A stretch of DNA of 44,575 nucleotides from assembly GCA_964399335.1 (NCBI GenBank), contig CAYNQI010000008.1:1-44575 (forward strand), written 5' to 3'. The notes below the pieces were generated by a model that saw nothing but the letters and a program-made list of their open reading frames with translations, did not search any database and was not told the origin of the DNA. Every line of letters begins with the position of its first letter. Position 1 is the stretch's first letter. This document shows, one piece after another, positions 8,648 through 17,228 of the stretch. The position numbers and the translations under genes are program-made. Source of the DNA: an uncultured Thermoplasmata archaeon. GTDB taxonomy: Archaea; Thermoplasmatota; Thermoplasmata; Halarchaeoplasmatales; Halarchaeoplasmataceae.

Positions 8648-11089
8648 ATGGGTGTATCAGATTCGCTGATGGGTAACAAATCTAATTGTAAATTTGTTAA
8701 TAGACATGGTGAATTAGAAGATTTGAAAGAAGATATGAAGGAAACTTTAAGGGGTAATGGAAGATTTGTTGTACTCAAAGGCGAGGCAGGAGTTGGTAAA
8801 ACAAGGATAGCACAAAAATTTAGTAACATTTGTCGAAAGCACGATTTCGAGTTTTTATGGGGTCGATGTCTTTACCACGAAAGTACTGATCCATATATAC
8901 CTTTTATAGAAGCTCTTGGGGATTATATTAAAAAAGAAGAAAATGAAAGCTCTAATTCAGATAAACTTGGATATCTTGGGATGGGGGCTAAAATCACAAG
9001 CCAGTCCTCTTCAAACAAACCTATGTCTTTGGTTGGTTTGGGTTCCTCTTCTAATGAATCTGTAGATATATCTATTTCGGACGAAAGAGAACTAAGGTAC
9101 ACCAATATACTCAATCTGTTGAAAAACTTGTCAAAAGAACGGCCTTTTTTATTATTTTTAGATGATCTTCAGTGGATCGACGAATCATCCTCCCAGCTTT
9201 TACACTTGTTGATAAGAAATCTCACGGATCATCGTGTTTTCATACTCGGAGCCTACCGACCTGAGGAATTGAAAACTCATGGAGAAAACAAACCTTTAGA
9301 AGTATTTCTAGAAAGGACAAAAAGGGACGGACTTGTAAATATCATGGAGATTAAAAGATTGGGTTTCCAACCGGTTTCAGAAATGATTAGAAATAAACTC
9401 CAAACTTCAGATCTACCTGAATCTTTTTTATTAACAATTTATAAAAGAACTGAAGGAAATCCATACTATGTTTTAGAAATCTTAGACTCTATGGTTCAAG
9501 AAGGTATAATAGATCCTTATTCTTACAAATGGAATCCAGATGAAGACCTTTCCGATATTTCAATACCAGCATCAATAAAAGATATCACCAACAGAAGGAT
9601 AGATAGATTAGACAATTTAGAGAAGAAGGTTCTGATGTATGCCTCGGTGATAGGCACCGAATTTAATTTTCAGGTACTAGAAAAGGCTATCGATATGGAC
9701 GTGCTTAAATTATTAGATATTTGTGAAGAATTAGAGAATCATGGTATTATCAGTGAAAAAACGAGTACTAGTGAAGAAGTATACAGATTTAATCACCTCC
9801 AATTGAGATTGACGATGTATGAAAATATGGGAAGAACTAGAAAAAGAATTTTAAATAAGCAGGTAGGGGAGGCTATAGAAGATTTCTATGATTCCTTAGA
9901 TGAACATTACTTATCCCTGAGCAGACATTTTTATGAAGGGAAAGTTTACGATAAAGCCTATAAATATTCCATAAAAGCTGCAGAAAAAGCGATCAGTACA
10001 TTTGCAGTCGAATCTGCAATAAAACGTTATAAAAAAGCGTTAGAATCTCTAAAGAAATCTAAAGAGATAGAGGATAAAGATGAAAAACAAATTTCTATCT
10101 TAAAGAATATCGGTAAATTATCATATGAAATCAGCGATCATGATGCCTCAGAGGATGCTTTCAAAAAACTTTTAGAGTTATCTAAAGATATTGACGACCA
10201 GAATAATAAAGCATTTGCTTTGAGATGGATGGGACATACATATAAAGAGCATCAGAAATTTAAAGAAGCTTATTCTTTTTATGAAGAAGCTCTAGAGTTG
10301 TATGAGGAATTAGATGATAAAGGTGGAGCAGCTGATTGTAAAAGAGGTATAGGTTATCTGATATGGAGGGAAGGACAACTCGATAAGGCTGTAGAATTAT
10401 ATGAAGAAGTCATTAAAGAAGCAAAAGGGTTAGAGGAAAACAATATTTTATCACTAACTTATATCGAGATGGGGAATGCCCTAGCTCAAAAAGGACAGAA
10501 TAAGAAAGCAATAGAATATTATGAAAAAAGTGTCTCACTTTTACAAAAACAAAATGCTTATAAAGACTTAGCAAGAGCGTTCAATAATATCGGTGACCAA
10601 TATATGAAGATGGGGGAGTGGGATAAAGCTATCGAACATTTTAAAAGAACAGTTGACTCTGCAAAAAGGTTGGGAGATAAAAGGTTCATCGGTTGGGGCT
10701 ATTTCAATCAAGCCGAAGCGCTTGCAAGAAAAGGTGCTGTAGAAAAAGCCAAAGATTACACAAAGCGTAGTGAAGAAATTATGAAAACATTAGATGATGT
10801 AGTTGGCTTATCATCCATATACAGAGTGAAGGCCATTATCAAGAGAATGGAAAAGGATTGGGAAGAGGCTTTAAATTTGTTAGATATCTCATGGGAATAC
10901 CTCGGTGATCTAGATATACCGTTTGCTAGAGCAGAAAATGAGTACGAACTAGGTAGAATATATATCGAGATGGATGAAAATTCAAAGGCATCCGATCATC
11001 TTGAAAAGGCGAAGGAAATATTCACTGGATTAGGTGCATCACAGTATCTAGATAAAACAAAAAGACATCTTGAAAAAATAGAAAATTAA
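8648..11089 (+). CDS. STAND (AAA_16-type) NTPase with C-terminal TPR array, no N-terminal effector
   Basis: FVNRxxEL, Walker A GEAGVGKT, Walker B FLDDLQW, GAYRPEE, EGNPYY (GxP), YRFNH, then multiple TPRs. Confidence 0.9.
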   Translation: MGVSDSLMGNKSNCKFVNRHGELEDLKEDMKETLRGNGRFVVLKGEAGVGKTRIAQKFSNICRKHDFEFLWGRCLYHESTDPYIPFIEALGDYIKKEENESSNSDKLGYLGMGAKITSQSSSNKPMSLVGLGSSSNESVDISISDERELRYTNILNLLKNLSKERPFLLFLDDLQWIDESSSQLLHLLIRNLTDHRVFILGAYRPEELKTHGENKPLEVFLERTKRDGLVNIMEIKRLGFQPVSEMIRNKLQTSDLPESFLLTIYKRTEGNPYYVLEILDSMVQEGIIDPYSYKWNPDEDLSDISIPASIKDITNRRIDRLDNLEKKVLMYASVIGTEFNFQVLEKAIDMDVLKLLDICEELENHGIISEKTSTSEEVYRFNHLQLRLTMYENMGRTRKRILNKQVGEAIEDFYDSLDEHYLSLSRHFYEGKVYDKAYKYSIKAAEKAISTFAVESAIKRYKKALESLKKSKEIEDKDEKQISILKNIGKLSYEISDHDASEDAFKKLLELSKDIDDQNNKAFALRWMGHTYKEHQKFKEAYSFYEEALELYEELDDKGGAADCKRGIGYLIWREGQLDKAVELYEEVIKEAKGLEENNILSLTYIEMGNALAQKGQNKKAIEYYEKSVSLLQKQNAYKDLARAFNNIGDQYMKMGEWDKAIEHFKRTVDSAKRLGDKRFIGWGYFNQAEALARKGAVEKAKDYTKRSEEIMKTLDDVVGLSSIYRVKAIIKRMEKDWEEALNLLDISWEYLGDLDIPFARAENEYELGRIYIEMDENSKASDHLEKAKEIFTGLGASQYLDKTKRHLEKIEN

Positions 11090-11090
11090 A

Positions 11091-11540
11091 CTATTCATAA
11101 ATCCATTTTTCCTCGATTCTAGAATAATCCTGATATTCCTCTTCATCGAAAAATATATCCAATTCCCTGCCAGCACTCTTCTGTGAATCAGCTGCATGGA
11201 CTATATTTCTGCTGATTTCGATACCAAAATCTCCTCTTATAGTACCCGGTTTAGCTTCTTTTGGATCAGTTTCTCCAACGATTTTTCTGACGATTGATAT
11301 AGCTGAGTGGCCTTTTAATGCCATTGTGATTACCGGACCTGATGTGATATATTCAATTAACGGTTCATAGAAATCCTTACCCTCGTGTTCTGCATAGTGT
11401 TCGGAAGCTGTTTCCACATCGATCCACATCATTTTCATGGCAACGATCCTAAGACCTTTTTCTTCTAACCGAGATATGACTTTACCGGCCAAACCTCTTT
11501 GTACCCCATCAGGTTTGATCATCAAAAAGGTAGTTTCCAT
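11091..11540 (-). CDS. ndk: Nucleoside diphosphate kinase
   Basis: MIKPDG, PGTIRGDFG and NIVHAAD (catalytic His). Confidence 0.97.
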   Translation of the reverse strand: METTFLMIKPDGVQRGLAGKVISRLEEKGLRIVAMKMMWIDVETASEHYAEHEGKDFYEPLIEYITSGPVITMALKGHSAISIVRKIVGETDPKEAKPGTIRGDFGIEISRNIVHAADSQKSAGRELDIFFDEEEYQDYSRIEEKWIYE

Positions 11541-11552
11541 AATAACCCACTC

Positions 11553-11798
11553 CTACTTTTTCTTGATTTTCTTTTTTGGCTTCTTTTTCTCTTTTTTACG
11601 GTAGGTCTTAACTGCTTTCTCTTGAGCGTGTTTTCTAGTCCACTTTGTTTCCCTTTCCTTCCTTCCAAGTTTCAACATATTCTTTTCGCATTTATTATTG
11701 CAGAAATTGAAAGTTTGACCATCTGTTTTAATAAATAATTTGCCAGTCCCTGGTTCGATTTTATTTCCACAGAATGTACATTCTTTAGCTTCCACCAT
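11553..11798 (-). CDS. rpl24e: 50S ribosomal protein L24e
   Basis: CTFCGNKIEPGTG...FCNNKC...KWT. Confidence 0.96.
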   Translation of the reverse strand: MVEAKECTFCGNKIEPGTGKLFIKTDGQTFNFCNNKCEKNMLKLGRKERETKWTRKHAQEKAVKTYRKKEKKKPKKKIKKK

Positions 11799-11799
11799 G

Positions 11800-12012
11800 C
11801 TACCTAACTCCTATGCTTTTTGCTTCTCTAGCAGTTTCTCTTAGCATGATTTTATCGCCTTTTTGAACGGGTCCCATTACGTTCCGAGTGATGATCCTAC
11901 CTTCGTCTCTTCCTTCAAGAACTCTCACTTTTACTTGGGTAGCCTCTCCGGTCATCCCGGTTCTACCAACGATCTCGACAACTTCACCCGGCGTGCCTTC
12001 ATATTCAGCCAT
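11800..12012 (-). CDS. rps28e: 30S ribosomal protein S28e
   Basis: [17 protein letters not shown]...RNVMGPV...LRETARE. Confidence 0.97.
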   Translation of the reverse strand: MAEYEGTPGEVVEIVGRTGMTGEATQVKVRVLEGRDEGRIITRNVMGPVQKGDKIMLRETAREAKSIGVR

Positions 12013-12044
12013 TTAAAACTCCTCTTTTATGATATTAAACTTCA

Positions 12045-12410
12045 TTATTTCAAATCTTCAATCGATTTTTTAATATTTTCAATCATCTGTTCTGCCTTGC
12101 CAGGATCGGTTACGGCAACAGATGCGGAATAAGAATCGATACCAGAAGCAGCTCCTAGTTCTTGTTTACTTGGAACATATGCATAGGGAACTCCTCTTTC
12201 TTCACATAACAAAGGCATATGTGCCAAAATCTCAGGTGGATTTACATCTTCGGCCATGACGACGAATTTTGCATCTCCACGTTCTACGACCTTTGTCACT
12301 TCATTAGTCCCTTTCCTAACATCTCCTGTATCTCTAGCCATTTCGACTATTTCATAACTTTTATCGATCAATTCTTCAGACATCTCGAAATTTACATACA
12401 TTTTTGCCAT
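12045..12410 (-). CDS. rpl7ae: 50S ribosomal protein L7Ae
   Basis: RKGTNEVTK, AEDVNPPEI, SKQELG. The true start is ATG 12410 after a GAGGTG SD; the track's GTG 12443 lies in the structured leader. Confidence 0.97.
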   Translation of the reverse strand: MAKMYVNFEMSEELIDKSYEIVEMARDTGDVRKGTNEVTKVVERGDAKFVVMAEDVNPPEILAHMPLLCEERGVPYAYVPSKQELGAASGIDSYSASVAVTDPGKAEQMIENIKKSIEDLK

Positions 12411-12415
12411 TATTA

Positions 12416-12456
12416 ACACCTCTTTCGGACATATCGTCCTCACAAATCATCGGTAT
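12416..12456 (-). promoter_or_regulatory. K-turn in the rpl7ae 5' UTR (L7Ae autoregulatory element)
   Basis: The RNA AUACC-GAU-GA-UUU-[GUGA GGAC gauau GUCC G]-AAA-GA-GGUGU gives a 5-bp C-stem, a 3-nt bulge, tandem G.A pairs and a U-A NC-stem. The C-stem covers the SD. Confidence 0.85.
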
Positions 12457-12492
12457 ATTACCAATAGAGTAAGCCCTTTACAGAGGGTATAA

Positions 12493-12508
12493 TATAAAAA
12501 CCTTTTTC
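12493..12508 (-). promoter_or_regulatory. BRE/TATA promoter of the rpl7ae operon
   Basis: GAAAAAGGTTTTTATA on the minus strand, upstream of the K-turn leader. Confidence 0.75.
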
Positions 12509-12570
12509 CACTCCTTTTGGGCTAACGTGTTCATCCATAAAGATTAAAGTAATTAAAACTATCTACACCC

Positions 12571-14319
12571 ATGAAAGGCTGGTGGAGAAAGGTAGCCAAG
12601 GTTGATCTAAGTGATCGTGAAGTAGAGTTTGAGGAGATCGACAAAGACATACTCGTTGACTATATAGGTGGAAGGGGATTGGGAGGTCGATTACTTTACG
12701 AAGAGATAAAATCTACTGAAGATCCACTAGATGAAAACGTATTGGTGTTTGCTAGGGGACCTTTAACAGGAACAACGGTTCCCACTAGTGGTAGGTTTTC
12801 AGTTTCAACGATCTCTCCTCTTACAGGTACTATCTTAGATTCAAACGTAGGAGGGTTCTTTGGTAAACATTTTTCTTCAGCAGGCATCGATGCTCTCGTA
12901 ATCAAAGGAAGATCTCAAGTTCCAGTTGTATTGAAGATGGATAATGATCAAGTTACCGTAGAAGAAACTGATCTTTGGGGTAAGACCGTAAGCGATAGTT
13001 TAAATCCTCTAGATGGAGCTAGTGCCGTTATAGGTCCAGCAGGTGAAAATTTAGTTCGTTTTGCCAATGTTGTCACTGATGATGACCGTGTTTTCGGAAG
13101 AGGTGGTGTAGGTGCGGTGATGGGTTCTAAAAATTTGAAAGGGTTATCGGTCAAAGGAGATAAGAAAGTAGGAATCGATGATAGGGAACTATTAAAAAAT
13201 TATCTGAAAAAAGCCGTTTCTAAAATAGAATCGTCTCCAGTGACTTCAAGAGGTTTGAGAAAATTCGGCACTCCGATACTTGTAAACCTTTTAGACTGGC
13301 TTGGGATGTTCCCACTAGAAAACTTTCAAAGGGTTAAGGATGATAGAGTCGATAATCTATCCGGGGAAACGATGAAAGATGAGATAGTGTACGGTCATTA
13401 CCGCTGTCATGCATGTCCTATAAGATGTGGTTTGAAAACCAAAACTGACAAGCAGGAAGGAAAAGGTCCAGAGTACGAAAGCGTATGGGCGCTCGGTGCT
13501 AATCTAGGTGTATTTGATCTGAAAAAGACCACCGAGGCTAATTATCTATGTAACGAACTAGGGCTTGATACCATTACAACAGGTGGTACCATCGCCAGTG
13601 CTATGGAGATGTACGAGAGGGGAGTATGGGATGAAACAGATGGTTTTGGAAGTGATGTGACCGAATTGATCAAGATGATCGCTTACCGTGAGGATATAGG
13701 TGAGGATTTAGCAGAAGGATCTAAAAGGTTGTGTGAAAGATACAACTGTGATTACTCCATGTCTGTTAAAGGTATGGAACTGCCAGCTTATGATCCACGT
13801 GGTGCCGCTGGACAGGCTTTATCCTTTGCCACTTCTAACAGAGGTGGATGTCATCTTCGTGGATACATGATAGGAGAGGAGATCTTCGGAGTTCCAAAGT
13901 TGTTCGATAGGTTCAACACCAGTGGGAAGGCAGAAGTTGTAAAACGATCTCAGGAAAGGAACGCTTATCTGGATTCACTCATAGTCTGTAAGTTCAGTTC
14001 CTTTGCTCTAGGTGAAGAATATTACTCTAGGTTTTTAGAAGCTGTGACCGGTGTAGAGTATACAGTCGGTGAACTGCATACCATCGGCGAGAGGATATAC
14101 AATTTAGAAAGGATGTTCAACGTTTCTAATGGTTTTTCAAGGAAAGATGATCGTTTACCTGAAAGGTTCAACGAACCGCTTACCGAAGGAGCCAGCTCTG
14201 GGAATTTATTCGATATAGAAAAGATGCTTGACGATTATTACGAAGCTATGGGGTGGGATAGAAAAGGTAAACCTACTGGAAATAAACTCGAGGAATTGGG
14301 TTTAATTTTCATGGTTTAA
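12571..14319 (+). CDS. Aldehyde:ferredoxin oxidoreductase family (tungstopterin)
   Basis: YIGGRGLG, GPLTGT, SPLTG, GRGGVGAVMGSKNLK, CxxCxxxC (CHACPIRC), GLDTIT, RGGCHL. Confidence 0.93.
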   Translation: MKGWWRKVAKVDLSDREVEFEEIDKDILVDYIGGRGLGGRLLYEEIKSTEDPLDENVLVFARGPLTGTTVPTSGRFSVSTISPLTGTILDSNVGGFFGKHFSSAGIDALVIKGRSQVPVVLKMDNDQVTVEETDLWGKTVSDSLNPLDGASAVIGPAGENLVRFANVVTDDDRVFGRGGVGAVMGSKNLKGLSVKGDKKVGIDDRELLKNYLKKAVSKIESSPVTSRGLRKFGTPILVNLLDWLGMFPLENFQRVKDDRVDNLSGETMKDEIVYGHYRCHACPIRCGLKTKTDKQEGKGPEYESVWALGANLGVFDLKKTTEANYLCNELGLDTITTGGTIASAMEMYERGVWDETDGFGSDVTELIKMIAYREDIGEDLAEGSKRLCERYNCDYSMSVKGMELPAYDPRGAAGQALSFATSNRGGCHLRGYMIGEEIFGVPKLFDRFNTSGKAEVVKRSQERNAYLDSLIVCKFSSFALGEEYYSRFLEAVTGVEYTVGELHTIGERIYNLERMFNVSNGFSRKDDRLPERFNEPLTEGASSGNLFDIEKMLDDYYEAMGWDRKGKPTGNKLEELGLIFMV

Positions 14320-14325
14320 ATTCAT

Positions 14326-14844
14326 CTATGATTCGATCATCCCTTTCAAAGTTTCAAAAGAAATAGGTTCCTCGATGAATAGATCTCGATTTTTTACTAA
14401 CTCCATGAATCTTTCTTTATCTTGGATTCTCGTTTTGTAAAAATGTTCTGCTCTCAGATCACCATTTTCCTTATGAATAATATAAAGAGTTCTCGGGAGT
14501 TCCTCGATGTTGTAATACACCTTTTCTACATCGTCGATGTGTATTCTAGTTATCTCCGAGGCGATACGAGAGTTATACTTTAAGATATGGTCACCTTCAA
14601 CCAACATATCGTCCATAAGTGACCGAAACTGTCCTATATCTTTCATCAGCTTGTAACCTAGAAAAAAGATATATCCAAAGCCAGCTATATAATAAAACAT
14701 CAGATGATAAAATCGATCTTCATATAAAGAAACTACAACGATAAATATACCCATAACTATTAAACCAGTTATTTTCCCGTACATCTGACGTTTTCTTCGT
14801 TTTTTCTCTTTTTTCAGATCTTCTTCATAATCCGGATCGTCCAT
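14326..14844 (-). CDS. Hypothetical membrane protein (2 TM helices)
   Basis: Long ORF with two hydrophobic segments and no competing gene. Confidence 0.65.
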   Translation of the reverse strand: MDDPDYEEDLKKEKKRRKRQMYGKITGLIVMGIFIVVVSLYEDRFYHLMFYYIAGFGYIFFLGYKLMKDIGQFRSLMDDMLVEGDHILKYNSRIASEITRIHIDDVEKVYYNIEELPRTLYIIHKENGDLRAEHFYKTRIQDKERFMELVKNRDLFIEEPISFETLKGMIES

Positions 14845-14909
14845 ACTTACACCGTTTATTTTTAAAAATCAATACCATACAATTTATTAAAAGTATTGTG
14901 GTCGTAAAA

Positions 14910-15524
14910 TCATTCATCATGGTCTTCAGTATGTTTACACTCTGGATAATCTGTACATCCGTAGAACTTTCCGTATTTTCCTTCTCGGAGGACCATCTCA
15001 CTCCTACATTCGGGACAGATTTTCCTTTCGTCCTTTTTTTTGATCTTTTGGATGGTCCTATGATCTTTTATGGCGGTTTGTGCAAGACCATCGGCCCGTC
15101 CATTCTTATCCCTAGTTATGTGTGTGAACTCTACAGATATAGATCTTTTCTCAAATTCATTGATCAGATCCTTTAGCTGCTCGTAAAGATTCACAATATT
15201 ACTGGATTTAACTGACCATTCACCGTTTATCTGATTTACCAGTAACTGAGAATCAGACATCAAAGTGATCTCGTCGATATTTTCGTAGAGCTCTTGGGAT
15301 GTTTTTAACCATTGGAACGCTTTTATAGGCGCCATATATTCTGCAAAATTGTTAGTAGCTCCTTTCCCGGTCTTAAGGATTCCATAGTCTTCTCTTACGG
15401 TTCTACCTCCTCTTTCGATAAGGTAACCGTATGCAGCTACTCCTCCCGGGTTCTTTCCACTGCAGGCACCGTCGGTGTGTATGACTAGTTCTTTGCTTTT
15501 CTTCTGATTTCTCGACATCCTCAT
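14910..15524 (-). CDS. rnhA: Ribonuclease HI fused to a topoisomerase-type C4 zinc ribbon
   Basis: HTDGACSGKNPG, TNNFAEY, SDSQLLVNQ, HITRDKNGRADGLA, then CPEC...LREGKYGKFYGCTDYPEC. Confidence 0.88.
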   Translation of the reverse strand: MRMSRNQKKSKELVIHTDGACSGKNPGGVAAYGYLIERGGRTVREDYGILKTGKGATNNFAEYMAPIKAFQWLKTSQELYENIDEITLMSDSQLLVNQINGEWSVKSSNIVNLYEQLKDLINEFEKRSISVEFTHITRDKNGRADGLAQTAIKDHRTIQKIKKKDERKICPECRSEMVLREGKYGKFYGCTDYPECKHTEDHDE

Positions 15525-15636
15525 TACATCCTTGCACTGTCATAAAGCCTTTACCTTTAAGCTTAATGGATAGAACAACGAAACTTTTTTAATATTAGAT
15601 TACGTTAATAAGATGCAAAAAGGAGATGTGATATAA

Positions 15637-16095
15637 ATGGCAGATTTAAAATTGACAAGTCCTAAATTTCCAGATGGAGAAGCGATACCTGAGAAGTACG
15701 GGTACAAGAGAGAAAACGTCAATCCACCTTTAAAGATACAAGGTGTTCCAGATAGTGCAAAATCTCTAGCCTTGGTCATGGATGACCCAGATGCGATGAA
15801 ACCCGCCGGTAAAGTTTGGGATCATTGGGTGATCTGGAATATAGATCCAGATACTAGAATCATAGAAGAGGATCAGGTCCCTAAAAAGGCGACCCAGGGA
15901 AAAAATGATTATGGGGAAAGAGGTTATGGAGGACCGAATCCACCAGATGCGAAACATACCTACAATTTTAAGTTGTATGCACTGGATACGACACTTGACA
16001 TTCCATCCGGCTCGACCAAAAAGGACTTAGAGAAAGCCATGATGGGACATATCATCGATAAAACCAAGTTAACAGGAACGTTCGAACCGATCTAA
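15637..16095 (+). CDS. YbhB/YbcL family PEBP (Raf-kinase-inhibitor-like) protein
   Basis: NPPL, MDDPDA, WDHWVIWNI, YGGPNPP, HTYNFKLYALD. Confidence 0.93.
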   Translation: MADLKLTSPKFPDGEAIPEKYGYKRENVNPPLKIQGVPDSAKSLALVMDDPDAMKPAGKVWDHWVIWNIDPDTRIIEEDQVPKKATQGKNDYGERGYGGPNPPDAKHTYNFKLYALDTTLDIPSGSTKKDLEKAMMGHIIDKTKLTGTFEPI

Positions 16096-16125
16096 AACTC
16101 CTTTTCTTTTTTTACATTATTATTC

Positions 16126-16139
16126 AAAAAAGGTTTATA
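16126..16139 (+). promoter_or_regulatory. BRE/TATA promoter of the aldolase gene block
   Basis: AAAAAAGGTTTATA ending about 33 nt before ATG 16172. Confidence 0.7.
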
Positions 16140-16171
16140 CGTGAGAGGCTGTTTTTACTAAAGGTAATCAG

Positions 16172-16762
16172 ATGGACCGAAAAATCCTAGAAGAGATGAA
16201 AAAGTATGGTGAATTCCTGGAAAACAGAGGACTTAATCTATCGTCCCACAGTGGTAATATGAGTGTTAAAAGAGGTGATCGAATCTTTATCAAAAGAAGA
16301 GGGGCTATGATGGGGGATCTTGATGAAGAAGATATCGTAGAAACCGGTTTAGAAGAGGACGACTCTGGAGTCATAATCGCTTCTACGGAGATAGGTGTTC
16401 ATCGAGCGATCTACAAAAATACATCAGCCCTGGCTATTGTTCACGCTCATACGCCTTATGCTATCGCCCTTTCCATAACCCGAGATGACCTAATACCTAT
16501 AGACGACGAAGGACGATACCATCTTAAGAGAGTTCCTATACTTGATGTAGAGGAATCGATTGGATCAGATGAAGTAGCCGAAAAGCTTCCTGATATATTA
16601 CAGAACTATAATGCTGCCATAGTTAAGGGTCACGGGACTTTCGCACACGGTGAGAAACTAGAAGAAGCTTACAACTGGATAACGGTTGTAGAAAGTATAT
16701 GTAAGGTCATCTACCTAGTCGAGAACTTGGGTGGGGACACGGTCAAGGAGGAGATCTGGTGA
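16172..16762 (+). CDS. Class II aldolase/adducin family (fuculose-1-phosphate aldolase-like)
   Basis: SGNMSV, STEIGVH, IVHAH and GHG metal-binding motifs. Confidence 0.88.
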   Translation: MDRKILEEMKKYGEFLENRGLNLSSHSGNMSVKRGDRIFIKRRGAMMGDLDEEDIVETGLEEDDSGVIIASTEIGVHRAIYKNTSALAIVHAHTPYAIALSITRDDLIPIDDEGRYHLKRVPILDVEESIGSDEVAEKLPDILQNYNAAIVKGHGTFAHGEKLEEAYNWITVVESICKVIYLVENLGGDTVKEEIW

Positions 16763-17187
16763 CATTCCACTATATAGAGTTCAAAGCCTATTGTCAGGCC
16801 ACTGAAGATCCTGATAAAGTCATCCAAGCCATGGTTAACATCGCCGGGGAGAATATAGAGTTGGAAAAAGAAGATGCCGAAGGGTATTACGGTAATGCTA
16901 TCGAGATAATTGAAGGGAAGATATCTAGGAATAGAGAGATGGATCAAGTATTTAGAAAATTACCAGCAACGCTGATACAAACTTTATTAAATTCGTTAAA
17001 TAGAAGGATGGACGAAAGATGTAACTTCTTTTTTAGACTAGATAAACAGGAAGCCTACCAAGAGAATTTCGTACTCTCTGAAGGGAGTAACACTATAAAA
17101 TGCAGGGCTAGGGTGGAAAGCTATCCAGCTAAAAAAGAGAAAGCTATGGGACACATGGAAGAATATCTAAAATATGGTTTAGATTGA
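16759..17187 (+). CDS. Archaeal RNA-binding protein (COG1325-like, predicted exosome-associated)
   Basis: ATEDPDKV, EGYYGNAI and FFRLDKQEAY. GTGA overlap with the aldolase gene. Confidence 0.8.
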   Translation: MTFHYIEFKAYCQATEDPDKVIQAMVNIAGENIELEKEDAEGYYGNAIEIIEGKISRNREMDQVFRKLPATLIQTLLNSLNRRMDERCNFFFRLDKQEAYQENFVLSEGSNTIKCRARVESYPAKKEKAMGHMEEYLKYGLD

Positions 17188-17228
17188 ACAAGTTTTTAAT
17201 AATTCTCTAGATATATGGTACTGTTCAC

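Noticed and set aside
8648-11089. Calling the STAND-TPR genes an Avs antiviral system
   Set aside because: There is no effector domain, no defence-island neighbours and a housekeeping context. It cannot be supported from sequence alone.
12423-12431. TTTCGGACA resembling the RHH operator
   Set aside because: It is a single site that forms part of the RNA hairpin of the K-turn leader.
12423-12453. Hammerhead-like pattern (UGA-GGAC/GUCC-GAAA) in the rpl7ae leader
   Set aside because: The core would be UUUGUGA rather than CUGAUGA (catalytic G5 and A6 missing), and stems I/III are not evident. The K-turn explains the sequence.
12571-14319. Selenocysteine or pyrrolysine read-through in redox genes
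   Set aside because: The AOR and other enzymes are full length with no in-frame TGA/TAG needing recoding.
14910-15524. RNase H as part of a retroelement or transposase
   Set aside because: There is no reverse transcriptase, terminal repeats or DDE transposase spacing. The motifs match cellular RNase HI.
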